Origin: a virus
DNA: 64,000 bases
Virus record (IMG/VR): IMGVR_UViG_3300012953_006686
Span: 29,700 to 93,699 of that record
Strand: one strand, 5' to 3'
Part shown: positions 55,989 to 64,000 of the stretch, piece after piece
Numbering within the stretch: the stretch's first letter is position 1
Layout of the letters: the number at the start of each line of letters is the position of its first letter
Made by a program: the position numbers and the translations under genes
The notes under the pieces: generated by a model
Told to the model about the DNA's origin: nothing
Databases searched by the model: none
The model's input: the letters and a program-made list of their open reading frames with translations, nothing else

Positions 55989-58576
55989 ATAAATCTTCTC
56001 CACACCTCTCCGAGATCTTTAAGATCATCAAAGTTGCGTTGTTTCTCGGCAGGAGGCTGCCCAAGATTAATGCCATTTTTGCGAGCTTCTTCTTGTAAAG
56101 CGCCCATAAATGCAGCCGCAATTTCGTCTTCGTCATCCATATCGCCAGTGACTAATTCATAAAATTGCTCTACAAGCTTGTCAGGGGTGTCTGCGTCTAC
56201 TTTAAAAGTTATGCTATAGCGAACGTCACCCCCGGAATCTACCGCGCTTTTATTGCGGATAACAAGCCTATAATCAGTATTTAATTCTTCTCTCACGGAA
56301 CGAGTTAAGTATTCTCTGAGCATAAGCACAAACTCTCGGCGATCAACGAGATCAAACAAAATTCTTGTTTCAATGCCTAATTGTTCTGGATCAAAATCAT
56401 AAGAAATAGATGCCCACGCTTCGTAAGAGTCAGTGTAGTGTTCTCCGTCCCATTCAACATCCCACTCATAAGTATCATTGTTTAGACCATTCTCAAGTTT
56501 TTGAACCAAGCTCATATAAGCGTGCCCTTCAAAATAACCATTTTCTTTGGCGTATTGTTCTACAAGAGCTTGAAATTTATCTCGGTCATCATCCAGCGCA
56601 TCAACTCCTTTACAATAATTCTCATAGCCGTCAGCATCATAAACTACAGGTTGGTTTTCTAATCCCGGAACAAATCTGGTGTTAAACTCACAACGCCAAA
56701 TAATAACCTCACTGCCTTCAGGGCCGCCTTTATAGATTGCTCCTTTGTCTTCCTCAAATAGCGGAACAATAGCGCCCATGTCTTGGTTGTAATAGTATTC
56801 GTTTAAATAATCTGCAATAAGCCTACCTTCGGATACGTTTGGAAGCTGTTTCCATTCATCAAGCTCCCAAGTAAGCATAATTTTGCCTTCTGGGTAAATA
56901 ACATAATCGCCTTCGCCTGAATCATCTCTAACGTGAAAGTCTACCTCGCAATTAGCGTACTTTCCAGAATTCCATTTTTCTCTAACTTTGGCGCAATCAC
57001 GCTTAAGCATTTCTTCAACATCGCCAACCCACTCAGGCGGCATTTCTTCTTCTGTTTCTTTATCTTGTTCAACTTGTCCAGTAAAATCGTTCATTGGAAC
57101 ATTTGTAAGGTTTGCTAATAATTCTTTACGACCTCCATAATGCGCTGTGTCTTCGTAAGAGCCTCCATAAATTCTAAAATCATCTAAATCAACTTTGCCA
57201 CCAGATTTAGGCAAATTAGCAATAACTTCTTCTTGTTTTTGTCTTGCCCATTTTGTTACAGTACCGACAATACCAGGGATCTTGATTCCATACACATATT
57301 TTTCAGGAACTGCTACTTCTGTGCCTTGATCTTCTCCAGCGTCATACTTTTCCCAATCAAAATAGCGAAATTGCCTTAATCTTATTCGAGAAACTGGGTC
57401 TAAATCTAAGTTAGTACCATGAAGATATCGGTTTTGCTCAGTAAAAATTTCATCATACTCTTCAAGCTCTTGCTCAGCGCTTTCTATGTTGCCTGTGTTT
57501 GTTTCTGAGAGTAAGTCCTCCGTTTTCACCACATAAGCGATTGCTCCATGACCTTGTGCTTCCGCAACAGCACATTTATAGTACTCTTGTTTTGAACCAT
57601 CCCGGCTTGGAGGCGTATGACATGATGTAATCTTTTCAAAATCAGACATTCGCATGACATCAACAGGGTGTCGAGTCAAAATAATAGAATATGTATCATT
57701 TTCAAGGCCAGGAACATCTTCTCTAATTGTTTTTGAGTTATTTAACCAGTAAGTACCCATGTCAATAAACTTTGTGTCAGGCACCACTATCGGTTTTCTT
57801 GTGCGTACTGGTTTTCCGTAGCGCCTATCACCTGCATCTTGCTGATCTCTACGGTGTTGTTCTTTCTGTTTCCATGAATCTTGATCAGAATAATCCATAG
57901 CAAACGATTGTAAACGTTCGTGACCCGCGCCGCCAGCATATAACTCTAATTGGTTCAAAATTTGCTTATATCTTTTAAGTTCTTCGTCACTTAATGCATT
58001 TTCGGTCTCTCCAATAGTATATTGAAGTAAATGTTTGCCGCCAATAGCACCTTGACCTTCTTCAGGTCTATCTTTATACTTATAATCGCCAATTTTCTTT
58101 CTTATTTGCAAATATTCCTTCATAAGGATGTCTAGTTTGGCAAAATATTTACCGATTTTCATTTGGAGCTTCTTTTTTAGCATTTTGGGCGGGGGTCCAT
58201 CTCCATATATTCGTTCTACCGTGTCATCAACAGTTTTGTCGTGGTCTTCCCACTCTCTTTCAACGGAAACCAAGCCTCTTTCCCAATCAACGTCGACTTT
58301 TAGTACTTGTTCAAGCATATGAACCCACTGTCCAAGTTCAGATTGTCTATCTTTTACTGGAAATGGTATAACAAGGCGTGTTTTATCACCAAAAAGCTCA
58401 TCAAAAGCCAATACGCCCCTTGGATTATCCGCTAGTTTTTGCAAAATTGCTTCAACGCCCAGCATTTCGGAGTCAGAAATCTCCCGAAGTAATACTTCTG
58501 TTTTTAAATCGGAATTTTCCGAGATTTTTTCAAGCAAAAGTGTTGCTTTCTGTAAAATTTGCTCGTCAGTAAGCAT
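55985..58576 (-). CDS. Large acidic hypothetical protein (863 aa)
   Basis: Start MLTDEQ after SD GAAGGA; TRHPVDVMRMSD..SCH motif; C-terminus EVWRRFI. Confidence 0.8.
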   Translation of the reverse strand: MLTDEQILQKATLLLEKISENSDLKTEVLLREISDSEMLGVEAILQKLADNPRGVLAFDELFGDKTRLVIPFPVKDRQSELGQWVHMLEQVLKVDVDWERGLVSVEREWEDHDKTVDDTVERIYGDGPPPKMLKKKLQMKIGKYFAKLDILMKEYLQIRKKIGDYKYKDRPEEGQGAIGGKHLLQYTIGETENALSDEELKRYKQILNQLELYAGGAGHERLQSFAMDYSDQDSWKQKEQHRRDQQDAGDRRYGKPVRTRKPIVVPDTKFIDMGTYWLNNSKTIREDVPGLENDTYSIILTRHPVDVMRMSDFEKITSCHTPPSRDGSKQEYYKCAVAEAQGHGAIAYVVKTEDLLSETNTGNIESAEQELEEYDEIFTEQNRYLHGTNLDLDPVSRIRLRQFRYFDWEKYDAGEDQGTEVAVPEKYVYGIKIPGIVGTVTKWARQKQEEVIANLPKSGGKVDLDDFRIYGGSYEDTAHYGGRKELLANLTNVPMNDFTGQVEQDKETEEEMPPEWVGDVEEMLKRDCAKVREKWNSGKYANCEVDFHVRDDSGEGDYVIYPEGKIMLTWELDEWKQLPNVSEGRLIADYLNEYYYNQDMGAIVPLFEEDKGAIYKGGPEGSEVIIWRCEFNTRFVPGLENQPVVYDADGYENYCKGVDALDDDRDKFQALVEQYAKENGYFEGHAYMSLVQKLENGLNNDTYEWDVEWDGEHYTDSYEAWASISYDFDPEQLGIETRILFDLVDRREFVLMLREYLTRSVREELNTDYRLVIRNKSAVDSGGDVRYSITFKVDADTPDKLVEQFYELVTGDMDDEDEIAAAFMGALQEEARKNGINLGQPPAEKQRNFDDLKDLGEVWRRFI

Positions 58577-58578
58577 TT

Positions 58579-59250
58579 TTATTCCTTCATCGATTTGGAA
58601 CCGCGACATTTCCACTTTTTGCGGGATAGTGCGTTGGCACAAGGTGGATTTTTACACTTTTTGATCTTTGCAGAACGAGCGCAATAAGCATCTCCCTTAG
58701 CTGTTCCGGGCCTAATGCGGTCACCGCCATCTTTGGCTTTACCTGCTTGCCCAAATGAGCGGCACTTGCCATCTACTCTTTTGGCAGAGCGCTTTCCTTT
58801 GGATGGCTTACAGGGTTTTTTCTTTTTTTTTTCGGCTAATACCGCTTCAAGTTCTTCTTCAATGATAGCAAGAAGCTCTTGTTGTTCTTCGTCTATTGGT
58901 TCACAATTTTTAACGCGTTTGCCGGGCTTCGTAGGGCTTTTTTTGGTTTTTTTGCCAGTTTTCGCGCCAGGAGAATACCCCTTCCAACACTTACCTTCGG
59001 TTTCAAGTTCTTTTTCTTCTTGGATTCCGTATGTTTTACAGGGGTCCTGTCCACATCCACAATTTTTCTTCTCGCCTTCCTCTAATTTGTCATCATCGGT
59101 CTCGTCGAGTATCTGCTGGATGCGCTTTGCTTGACCAGCATGCATTTTAGATGCGTTTTCTAGCTCACCAACAATGGTTTTGAGTTCTTCTTCGTGTTCT
59201 TTAGTATGTGACTCAGTAAACCTTTGCCAATTTTCAAGAATTGTCTTCAT
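58579..59250 (-). CDS. ENW-leader protein with basic Cys-rich modules
   Basis: MKTILENWQRFTE; CWKGY..KNC and AYCARS...KKWKC modules. Confidence 0.75.
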   Translation of the reverse strand: MKTILENWQRFTESHTKEHEEELKTIVGELENASKMHAGQAKRIQQILDETDDDKLEEGEKKNCGCGQDPCKTYGIQEEKELETEGKCWKGYSPGAKTGKKTKKSPTKPGKRVKNCEPIDEEQQELLAIIEEELEAVLAEKKKKKPCKPSKGKRSAKRVDGKCRSFGQAGKAKDGGDRIRPGTAKGDAYCARSAKIKKCKNPPCANALSRKKWKCRGSKSMKE

Positions 59251-59689
59251 TTTTTGATATCTCCAAAGCTTTCTCCAATAAATAGATCGGAATTTCAGTA
59301 TTAGCTATATCTTTTATGTCTTCAATTGTTGCCCATTTCCAGTCATCGTGTTCGATTTGACCAGATTCTGGGTTTGGTTTGTCTACATTTACATCTCCTG
59401 TCCATATTTGAGTTAAGAAAACGTATTTTTGTGGCTTTGGTTCTCCTAGATAAGTAAGGTCTGAGACTTCGCAAGATAAATTAGCTTCTTCTTCTAATTC
59501 ACGTATAGCTCCTGCCTCTATGGATTGGTCTTCTTCATCTATATGTCCTCCTGGCATCGTCCACTGACCCTCTCGTTCATCAACGTCTGAGCGTCTAATG
59601 ATAAGAAATTGCTGCTCATCATTTAAACAAACAACAATTCCAGATGTTTTTGAGTCACCTTCGGTGAGAAATTTATCCCACTTATTCAT
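59234..59689 (-). CDS. NUDIX hydrolase with short W-leader
   Basis: WTMPGGHIDE...AIRELEEEAN Nudix box; starts MNKWDKFLTE. Confidence 0.88.
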   Translation of the reverse strand: MNKWDKFLTEGDSKTSGIVVCLNDEQQFLIIRRSDVDEREGQWTMPGGHIDEEDQSIEAGAIRELEEEANLSCEVSDLTYLGEPKPQKYVFLTQIWTGDVNVDKPNPESGQIEHDDWKWATIEDIKDIANTEIPIYLLEKALEISKNEDNS

Positions 59690-60411
59690 CTTCTACAAGC
59701 GCGCGGTTCGTCTTCAAGAGCTACACATAATTCAGCTATAGCCAAAGACATATCTAAATTTTGTATAGGAGAGACCCATATCATATTTTCTTGAACCTGT
59801 AACTCCGGGTACCTTTCTATATCTACGCCCCATAATATACCAACAATCTCCCCCTGTGTATCATATATCACAGAACCGCTACTGCCAAACCACCCATATG
59901 TATTCAACATTAACTGTGGTCCACGACCGTCTAAGTGTTCAACCCCGGCTACGTAGCCACGATATGTCATTAAACTATGCCAGGAAGGGTGACCAGAATA
60001 AGTTATACGAGTTCCAATTGAAGACATTTCGCTTCTAGGCGAATAACGAATACCTCTGCCCTCTAGCTGATTGCCCTCTCGAAGATATAAAACCGATATA
60101 TCGTGAGCAACATCTGAATAAACTAAAATCGCCGTCTCCATAGTAGAGCCATTAATAACATAATACTGCTGACCAATGCGACCATCAGCAACGTGTTGCG
60201 CTGTTAAAACTAGCTGCATATCGCGGTATTGAACAATTCCTCCGGATCCGTGACCCCTGCCGTCTGTAATCTTAACTGCGGCTTCTCTAACTTTTCTTTC
60301 ATTGCGATCAAGTCCGTCTTCAATTGAAATTGTTTGAAAATCCCCACCACCGTCAGCAATTGCTGTTGTAGAAATTGACAGTCCTAATAATAATGCTAAT
60401 AATTTTTTCAT
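59686..60411 (-). CDS. Exported trypsin-like serine protease
   Basis: Signal peptide; catalytic triad motifs LTAQHV, DISVL and GSSGS. Confidence 0.85.
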   Translation of the reverse strand: MKKLLALLLGLSISTTAIADGGGDFQTISIEDGLDRNERKVREAAVKITDGRGHGSGGIVQYRDMQLVLTAQHVADGRIGQQYYVINGSTMETAILVYSDVAHDISVLYLREGNQLEGRGIRYSPRSEMSSIGTRITYSGHPSWHSLMTYRGYVAGVEHLDGRGPQLMLNTYGWFGSSGSVIYDTQGEIVGILWGVDIERYPELQVQENMIWVSPIQNLDMSLAIAELCVALEDEPRACRR

Positions 60412-60424
60412 AATTTGCTCCTTT

Positions 60425-60586
60425 TTAATTATCTTCCTTCTGTATCAAAATCACTCCAAGGAGCATAATATTTATTAAAGCCAAGATTTGAAAATACATA
60501 TCGTCATGCCATACACCAAACCCCAGCAAACCAATGTTTACTGGGATTCCTATGATCGCAGACCATTCCAAAAACTTATGTAACAA
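60425..60586 (-). CDS. 53-aa two-TM membrane protein (not in ORF track)
   Basis: TTG start after GAGGG: MLHKFLEWSAIIGIPVNIGLLGFGVWHDDMYFQILALINIMLLGVILIQKEDN. Confidence 0.6.
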   Translation of the reverse strand: MLHKFLEWSAIIGIPVNIGLLGFGVWHDDMYFQILALINIMLLGVILIQKEDN

Positions 60587-60618
60587 AATGTCGCCCTCAT
60601 TTTTAACTATGAGGGGAA

Positions 60619-60861
60619 TTAGCTTTTAGAAGAAATTATTTTAATAGTGTTAGGTAAATGTTTTTCTATTGCATTCGTTTTGAAAACATACACATTTACA
60701 TATGGGAATAAAAGTATTTGATCAAAACCTTTTTCAGCAACAACAATTCCTTTGTCGAAATACTCTTTGCCATCGATGGTATAGCGCTTGACTTGAACTA
60801 AATCACCTTCAAAAATATCCCATATTATATTGTTACTGATTCTATTTCGCTTTTCATCCAA
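60619..60861 (-). CDS. Small SH3/KOW-like protein
   Basis: IFEGDLVQV...GIVV...IKIIS. Confidence 0.6.
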   Translation of the reverse strand: MDEKRNRISNNIIWDIFEGDLVQVKRYTIDGKEYFDKGIVVAEKGFDQILLFPYVNVYVFKTNAIEKHLPNTIKIISSKS

Positions 60862-61295
60862 TCTTGTGCATTCTCCGCGGAGTCAAACTGGGGTGATAGC
60901 GCTGCAATAAATTGATTTGAAGACATTCGCAATACGCACCATTGCCACTTCCAATTTGTGTCTCCAGACATAACTAGTGCGCCCGTGGTCCTTTTATTTT
61001 GTAGGTTGAGCCCCAGCGCATTAATTTTGGTTGAAAGCACGCGATTTCTCAAAACCAAATTTTTTTCCTTTTCAACATCCGCGCGCTCCTCTTGGGGCAG
61101 GTCGGCACGCATGATTTTGTATTTTGTAAGCGCAGCTTTAGCGCCAAATTTTTCTTCTAAATTTTTTTTCACTTTAGACATAAAGCTCTCACTTTCACAA
61201 TCCTCTCCCTCCAACACAACAAACGGTGCTTTCGCACGATTACCATTACTAAACAACTTATACACATTCCAATTATAACTCAAAAGTTCCTCCAT
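60825..61295 (-). CDS. Hypothetical protein
   Basis: Packed ORF. Confidence 0.65.
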   Translation of the reverse strand: MEELLSYNWNVYKLFSNGNRAKAPFVVLEGEDCESESFMSKVKKNLEEKFGAKAALTKYKIMRADLPQEERADVEKEKNLVLRNRVLSTKINALGLNLQNKRTTGALVMSGDTNWKWQWCVLRMSSNQFIAALSPQFDSAENAQDWMKSEIESVTI

Positions 61296-61575
61296 TAATT
61301 GAGTGCCATTCAATCGCTCCCACCACAATCGACAACTTTAGCCCTTCTTCTTCAAGTATATCACTAAGGCGAATTCGCGAATGATTTGGCTTTAAATCAT
61401 CACGCTCAACATTAGTCATCCACTTGATTTCCCAAAAGTACATATCATCATCCATCATATCAATGCGACGCTCACGTTTGACAAGCATGCCGGTATAACC
61501 ACTAAACGTGTCAATAATTATATCGCCAACATTAAGTGTAACACTTTCTAGCCGTTCTTGCAAGTCATAATGCAT
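61273..61575 (-). CDS. Small SH3/KOW-like protein
   Basis: LNVGDIII...GMLV...WEIKW; likely start MHYDLQ after GTAATTA. Confidence 0.65.
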   Translation of the reverse strand: MHYDLQERLESVTLNVGDIIIDTFSGYTGMLVKRERRIDMMDDDMYFWEIKWMTNVERDDLKPNHSRIRLSDILEEEGLKLSIVVGAIEWHSINGGTFEL

Positions 61576-61582
61576 GCTATAA

Positions 61583-61855
61583 TTACTTTTGTTTGCATGC
61601 AATATACTCAAAAGTTCCCATCCGAATCATATTATACAGTCCTGTTTCGGTATAGGGAAAATATCGATTGTTTTTATCGGCTTCAGACCCGGCCCAAAGG
61701 ATCTCCCAAGCATATAGACCGTCCTCATTATCAGAAATTATATCCATAGTAAGCGGTATATGCTCTACAATATCATACCGACGCAGAAGTAAGCCTACCT
61801 CGCCAGTCTTATGATCTATAACAACCCCGCCGGGTTCCAAATTAATAATGTCCAC
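61583..61855 (-). CDS. Small SH3/KOW-like protein (paralogue of the previous gene)
   Basis: LEPGGVVID...GLLLRR...WEILW...ETGL. Confidence 0.65.
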   Translation of the reverse strand: MDIINLEPGGVVIDHKTGEVGLLLRRYDIVEHIPLTMDIISDNEDGLYAWEILWAGSEADKNNRYFPYTETGLYNMIRMGTFEYIACKQK

Positions 61856-61858
61856 ATA

Positions 61859-62119
61859 CTATATAGCAGGGATAGCGGGGATCTCGACTTGTAGGCACTC
61901 TTTAGCCTGTTCTTTGATGTCTTCCGAGTTATAGTTCATATACCTACATGAGTCATCTGGAAGGGGGTACGCATTATCGATGGGTACCGGTAGCATTTCT
62001 TCTACAGGCTGGGAGTCCTCTATTCTCGGAACTTCGTTGTTTGGATTTTGAATATCCACTACCATTGGTAAGCTAAATCCAAACAAACCGCCAATGCTTG
62101 CTCCTATAATATATTTCAT
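61859..62119 (-). CDS. Exported/membrane hypothetical protein
   Basis: Hydrophobic N-terminus. Confidence 0.6.
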   Translation of the reverse strand: MKYIIGASIGGLFGFSLPMVVDIQNPNNEVPRIEDSQPVEEMLPVPIDNAYPLPDDSCRYMNYNSEDIKEQAKECLQVEIPAIPAI

Positions 62120-62120
62120 T

Positions 62121-62327
62121 TCATACTACCTTATAATGACCGTGATTTTTCCACATAACCCAATGGGACTTTCCAACTTTTGGAAACTTGACAAGCATCA
62201 TTCCGGTCCGCCTATCAATGCTACTAACTAGACCTAATGAACGCTTTTGTCCACCTAAGTCTTTAATAAAATCGCCTTCTTCCGCTCTACGAAACATACT
62301 AAACAATTTACACCTTAATTCTATCAA
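62121..62327 (-). CDS. Small SH3-like protein
   Basis: EEGDFIK...LGLV...VKF...HW. Confidence 0.55.
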   Translation of the reverse strand: MIELRCKLFSMFRRAEEGDFIKDLGGQKRSLGLVSSIDRRTGMMLVKFPKVGKSHWVMWKNHGHYKVV

Positions 62328-62571
62328 TAATATATGGATGCTTGTAAGCTAAGTCCTTATAAAGCTTTTTGAGCACTTCTTTGGCGATTTCACCTACATC
62401 TGTCTTGATTGTGCTAGCCTTCAGCGCTTTTTTGAGTTCATCTTCAATGATGTCCGATAGCTCTTTCTTGACTTTGCTTTTAATGCTATCGTCTACAATT
62501 TTACGCACATCGGCTTTTGTAAGCTCTTCGACAATTAACTGCTTTAGATATCGTTCTGTAATTTTCATCAC
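62308..62571 (-). CDS. Helical protein with MKITExxLKQLIxEE leader
   Basis: Leader motif; preceded by CTAATTA. Confidence 0.7.
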   Translation of the reverse strand: MMKITERYLKQLIVEELTKADVRKIVDDSIKSKVKKELSDIIEDELKKALKASTIKTDVGEIAKEVLKKLYKDLAYKHPYIIDRIKV

Positions 62572-62581
62572 TATTAATTAG

Positions 62582-62707
62582 TTAATTTTTCTGTTTACGG
62601 TACAAAAACGCGTCCTTAACTTCTTTATTTAAAAGCTTATCACATTCTGGACATCGAGCTGGGAGTCTCCATACGATTCCTGTTCTACAATGGAAGCATG
62701 TATACAT
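62582..62707 (-). CDS. 41-aa zinc-ribbon microprotein (not in ORF track)
   Basis: MYTCFHCRTGIVWRLPARCPECDKLL...; TAATG overlap with the upstream ORF. Confidence 0.65.
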   Translation of the reverse strand: MYTCFHCRTGIVWRLPARCPECDKLLNKEVKDAFLYRKQKN

Positions 62708-62874
62708 TATTGGCGCGTCCCTAGCTTAAGACGACTGCGGTCTTCTGCGATCCACTGACGGAAAGCCTTTTCTCGCTCTTCATCGGTACCATGAATCATC
62801 ACGGCCGCATTAAAGCCCTTTAAAGCTTCGTTAAGTCTTCTGCTAAATTCTTGCTGAAATTTATTGTTTTTCAT
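62707..62874 (-). CDS. 55-aa hypothetical protein (not in ORF track)
   Basis: MKNNKFQQEFSRRLNEAL...; SD AGGGAGGG; directly downstream of a sigma70 promoter. Confidence 0.7.
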   Translation of the reverse strand: MKNNKFQQEFSRRLNEALKGFNAAVMIHGTDEEREKAFRQWIAEDRSRLKLGTRQ

Positions 62875-62901
62875 AACGCCCTCCCTATGACTGTTAAATT
62901 A

Positions 62902-62930
62902 ATTATACCCTATCGTGCTGCAAAAGTCAA
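62902..62930 (-). promoter_or_regulatory. sigma70-type promoter
   Basis: TTGACT-N17-TATAAT. Confidence 0.85.
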
Positions 62931-62934
62931 CACA

Positions 62935-63231
62935 TTAGTCACCCTCGCTTCGATCTTTTACTCTATCCCCATGGCGGTGCTGAAGAGACCTGGGGTTTAT
63001 CTCACTCTCGATTAACTCTTCTGTATACACCAAGTCGATATGTGCGGCAGTATGCGTTGACTGATAATTTTCTCTAAACCAATAGATTTCGTACAATGGA
63101 AAGTGTGACCTACCTACAACTACCTCTTTTACAATTCCAAGCCTTGTAGCGTCTCCTGTACCCTCGTAGCCTACAAAGTATACTAGGTCACCCGTTACGA
63201 ATTCAGGTGGTTGTCTATGATGCGCCATCAC
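62935..63231 (-). CDS. Small SH3/KOW-like protein
   Basis: FVTGDLVY...LGIV...YEIYW...IDLV. Confidence 0.65.
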   Translation of the reverse strand: MMAHHRQPPEFVTGDLVYFVGYEGTGDATRLGIVKEVVVGRSHFPLYEIYWFRENYQSTHTAAHIDLVYTEELIESEINPRSLQHRHGDRVKDRSEGD

Positions 63232-63240
63232 TCTAATTAT

Positions 63241-64000
63241 CTGAAAAATATTTTAGGCGCAATTTTTGAGAAGTCAATTATCTGGAAATTTCTCAGCGGT
63301 ATCGCGAACAGGCTTAGCACGCCCTGACACGCCCCGCAACCCATGGAGAGATAGATCCCGGAGGGAGGGGGGAGGAGGGGGGTACTACCACGACCAATGC
63401 ATAACGTACGTTACAAGCAGACAATCATGAATGTCTTTTTCTGTCACGTCTAAGCTTATTGAGAATGTATACATACAATGTAGCATTAACTACTGACCAA
63501 CCTATCCATCTTACTATATTATTTTTGTTTAGTCTCGAACACATTCTGTAACACAGGTTATACCTAGCTTATCGCGCAGGCACATCTCCTTTGTAATAGT
63601 ATATCATATCTTGTAACAGATTGCAAACATTTTATTGTTACATTACCCTCGCGATCGTACTGCGGTGCGCGTGTCACAAGTTGTAACAAGTTTAACGCAC
63701 GTGTAAACAAATGCTGTATACAAATGCGACAGCACGCGACAGCCGCGCATAACGCAGGTGTCACGTACAAATCCATTCGCTATAAGGCGAAGGCTAACTA
63801 AGTGGTTGATATTGCACACGTTACACAAGCACGTAACAGCGCAGTAACACACATGTTTCGGGCATGCTGTCTACACGTCGTCTGTATACACCCTAAGTAC
63901 CTCCACGTAAGCGCACGAAAACACAAAACAATACACAACTACCGCACACAAAATAACACTATTTAACATTTTATTACCACTTCCTAACACTTTTAATAAA
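63241..64000. other. Non-coding block with unusual composition (possible terminus, packaging site or origin)
   Basis: No credible ORF. G-tract at 63360-63382, palindrome TAACGTACGTTA at 63402-63413, about 10 GT(A/C/T)AC motifs, IHF consensus at 63799-63811. Confidence 0.55.

Noticed and set aside
196-62581. Plus-strand ORFs in the track
   Set aside because: They are antisense shadows of well-supported minus-strand genes, with no recognisable motifs.
63564-63852. Two Cys-rich minus-strand ORFs
   Set aside because: C/V/T/R-rich translations are the expected artefact of alternating purine-pyrimidine DNA; no SD is present.
1-64000. Stop-codon recoding (alternative genetic code)
   Set aside because: Genes are full length and densely packed under the standard code; TAA, TGA and TAG all end recognisable proteins, and no suppressor tRNA is seen.

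Overview
This window is a 64-kb, AT-rich segment of a large tailed bacteriophage (jumbo/T4-like gene content, standard genetic code). Essentially all real genes lie on the minus strand. In transcription order (right to left) it contains six blocks. (1) A ~760-bp non-coding block at the right edge with a G-tract, palindromes, repeated GTNAC motifs and an IHF-consensus site (possible terminus, packaging site or origin). (2) Many small SH3/KOW-like genes. (3) A translationally coupled array of unrelated proteins (protein kinase, ADP-ribosyltransferase-like protein, NUDIX hydrolase, unknowns) that all start with the same ~14-aa MKLLxENWxx(Y/F)xxE leader, which I interpret as a capsid-targeting signal for injected effectors. 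(4) A tail-fibre-like gene, a tmRNA, two tRNAs and auxiliary genes (FKBP PPIase, eukaryote-type phosphomannomutase, thymidine kinase, PIN-PhoH, HNH, Cas4-like nuclease). (5) A ~22-kb, ~25-gene glycan locus: Gmd, Fcl/ColC, ColD-like dehydratase, HldA/HldC-like heptose enzymes, UDP-glucose dehydrogenase, a TPP-dependent two-subunit enzyme, a B12 radical SAM enzyme, a sulfotransferase and ~9 glycosyltransferases. (6) A gp55-like sigma factor, then a baseplate module with three paralogues carrying swapped peptidoglycan-hydrolase domains, a spike-like protein, and a >1670-aa ORF running off the left edge. Both near-perfect sigma70 promoters and a separate TAnTTA candidate late-promoter motif are visible. 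All product calls come from motif recognition by eye; no database search was run.
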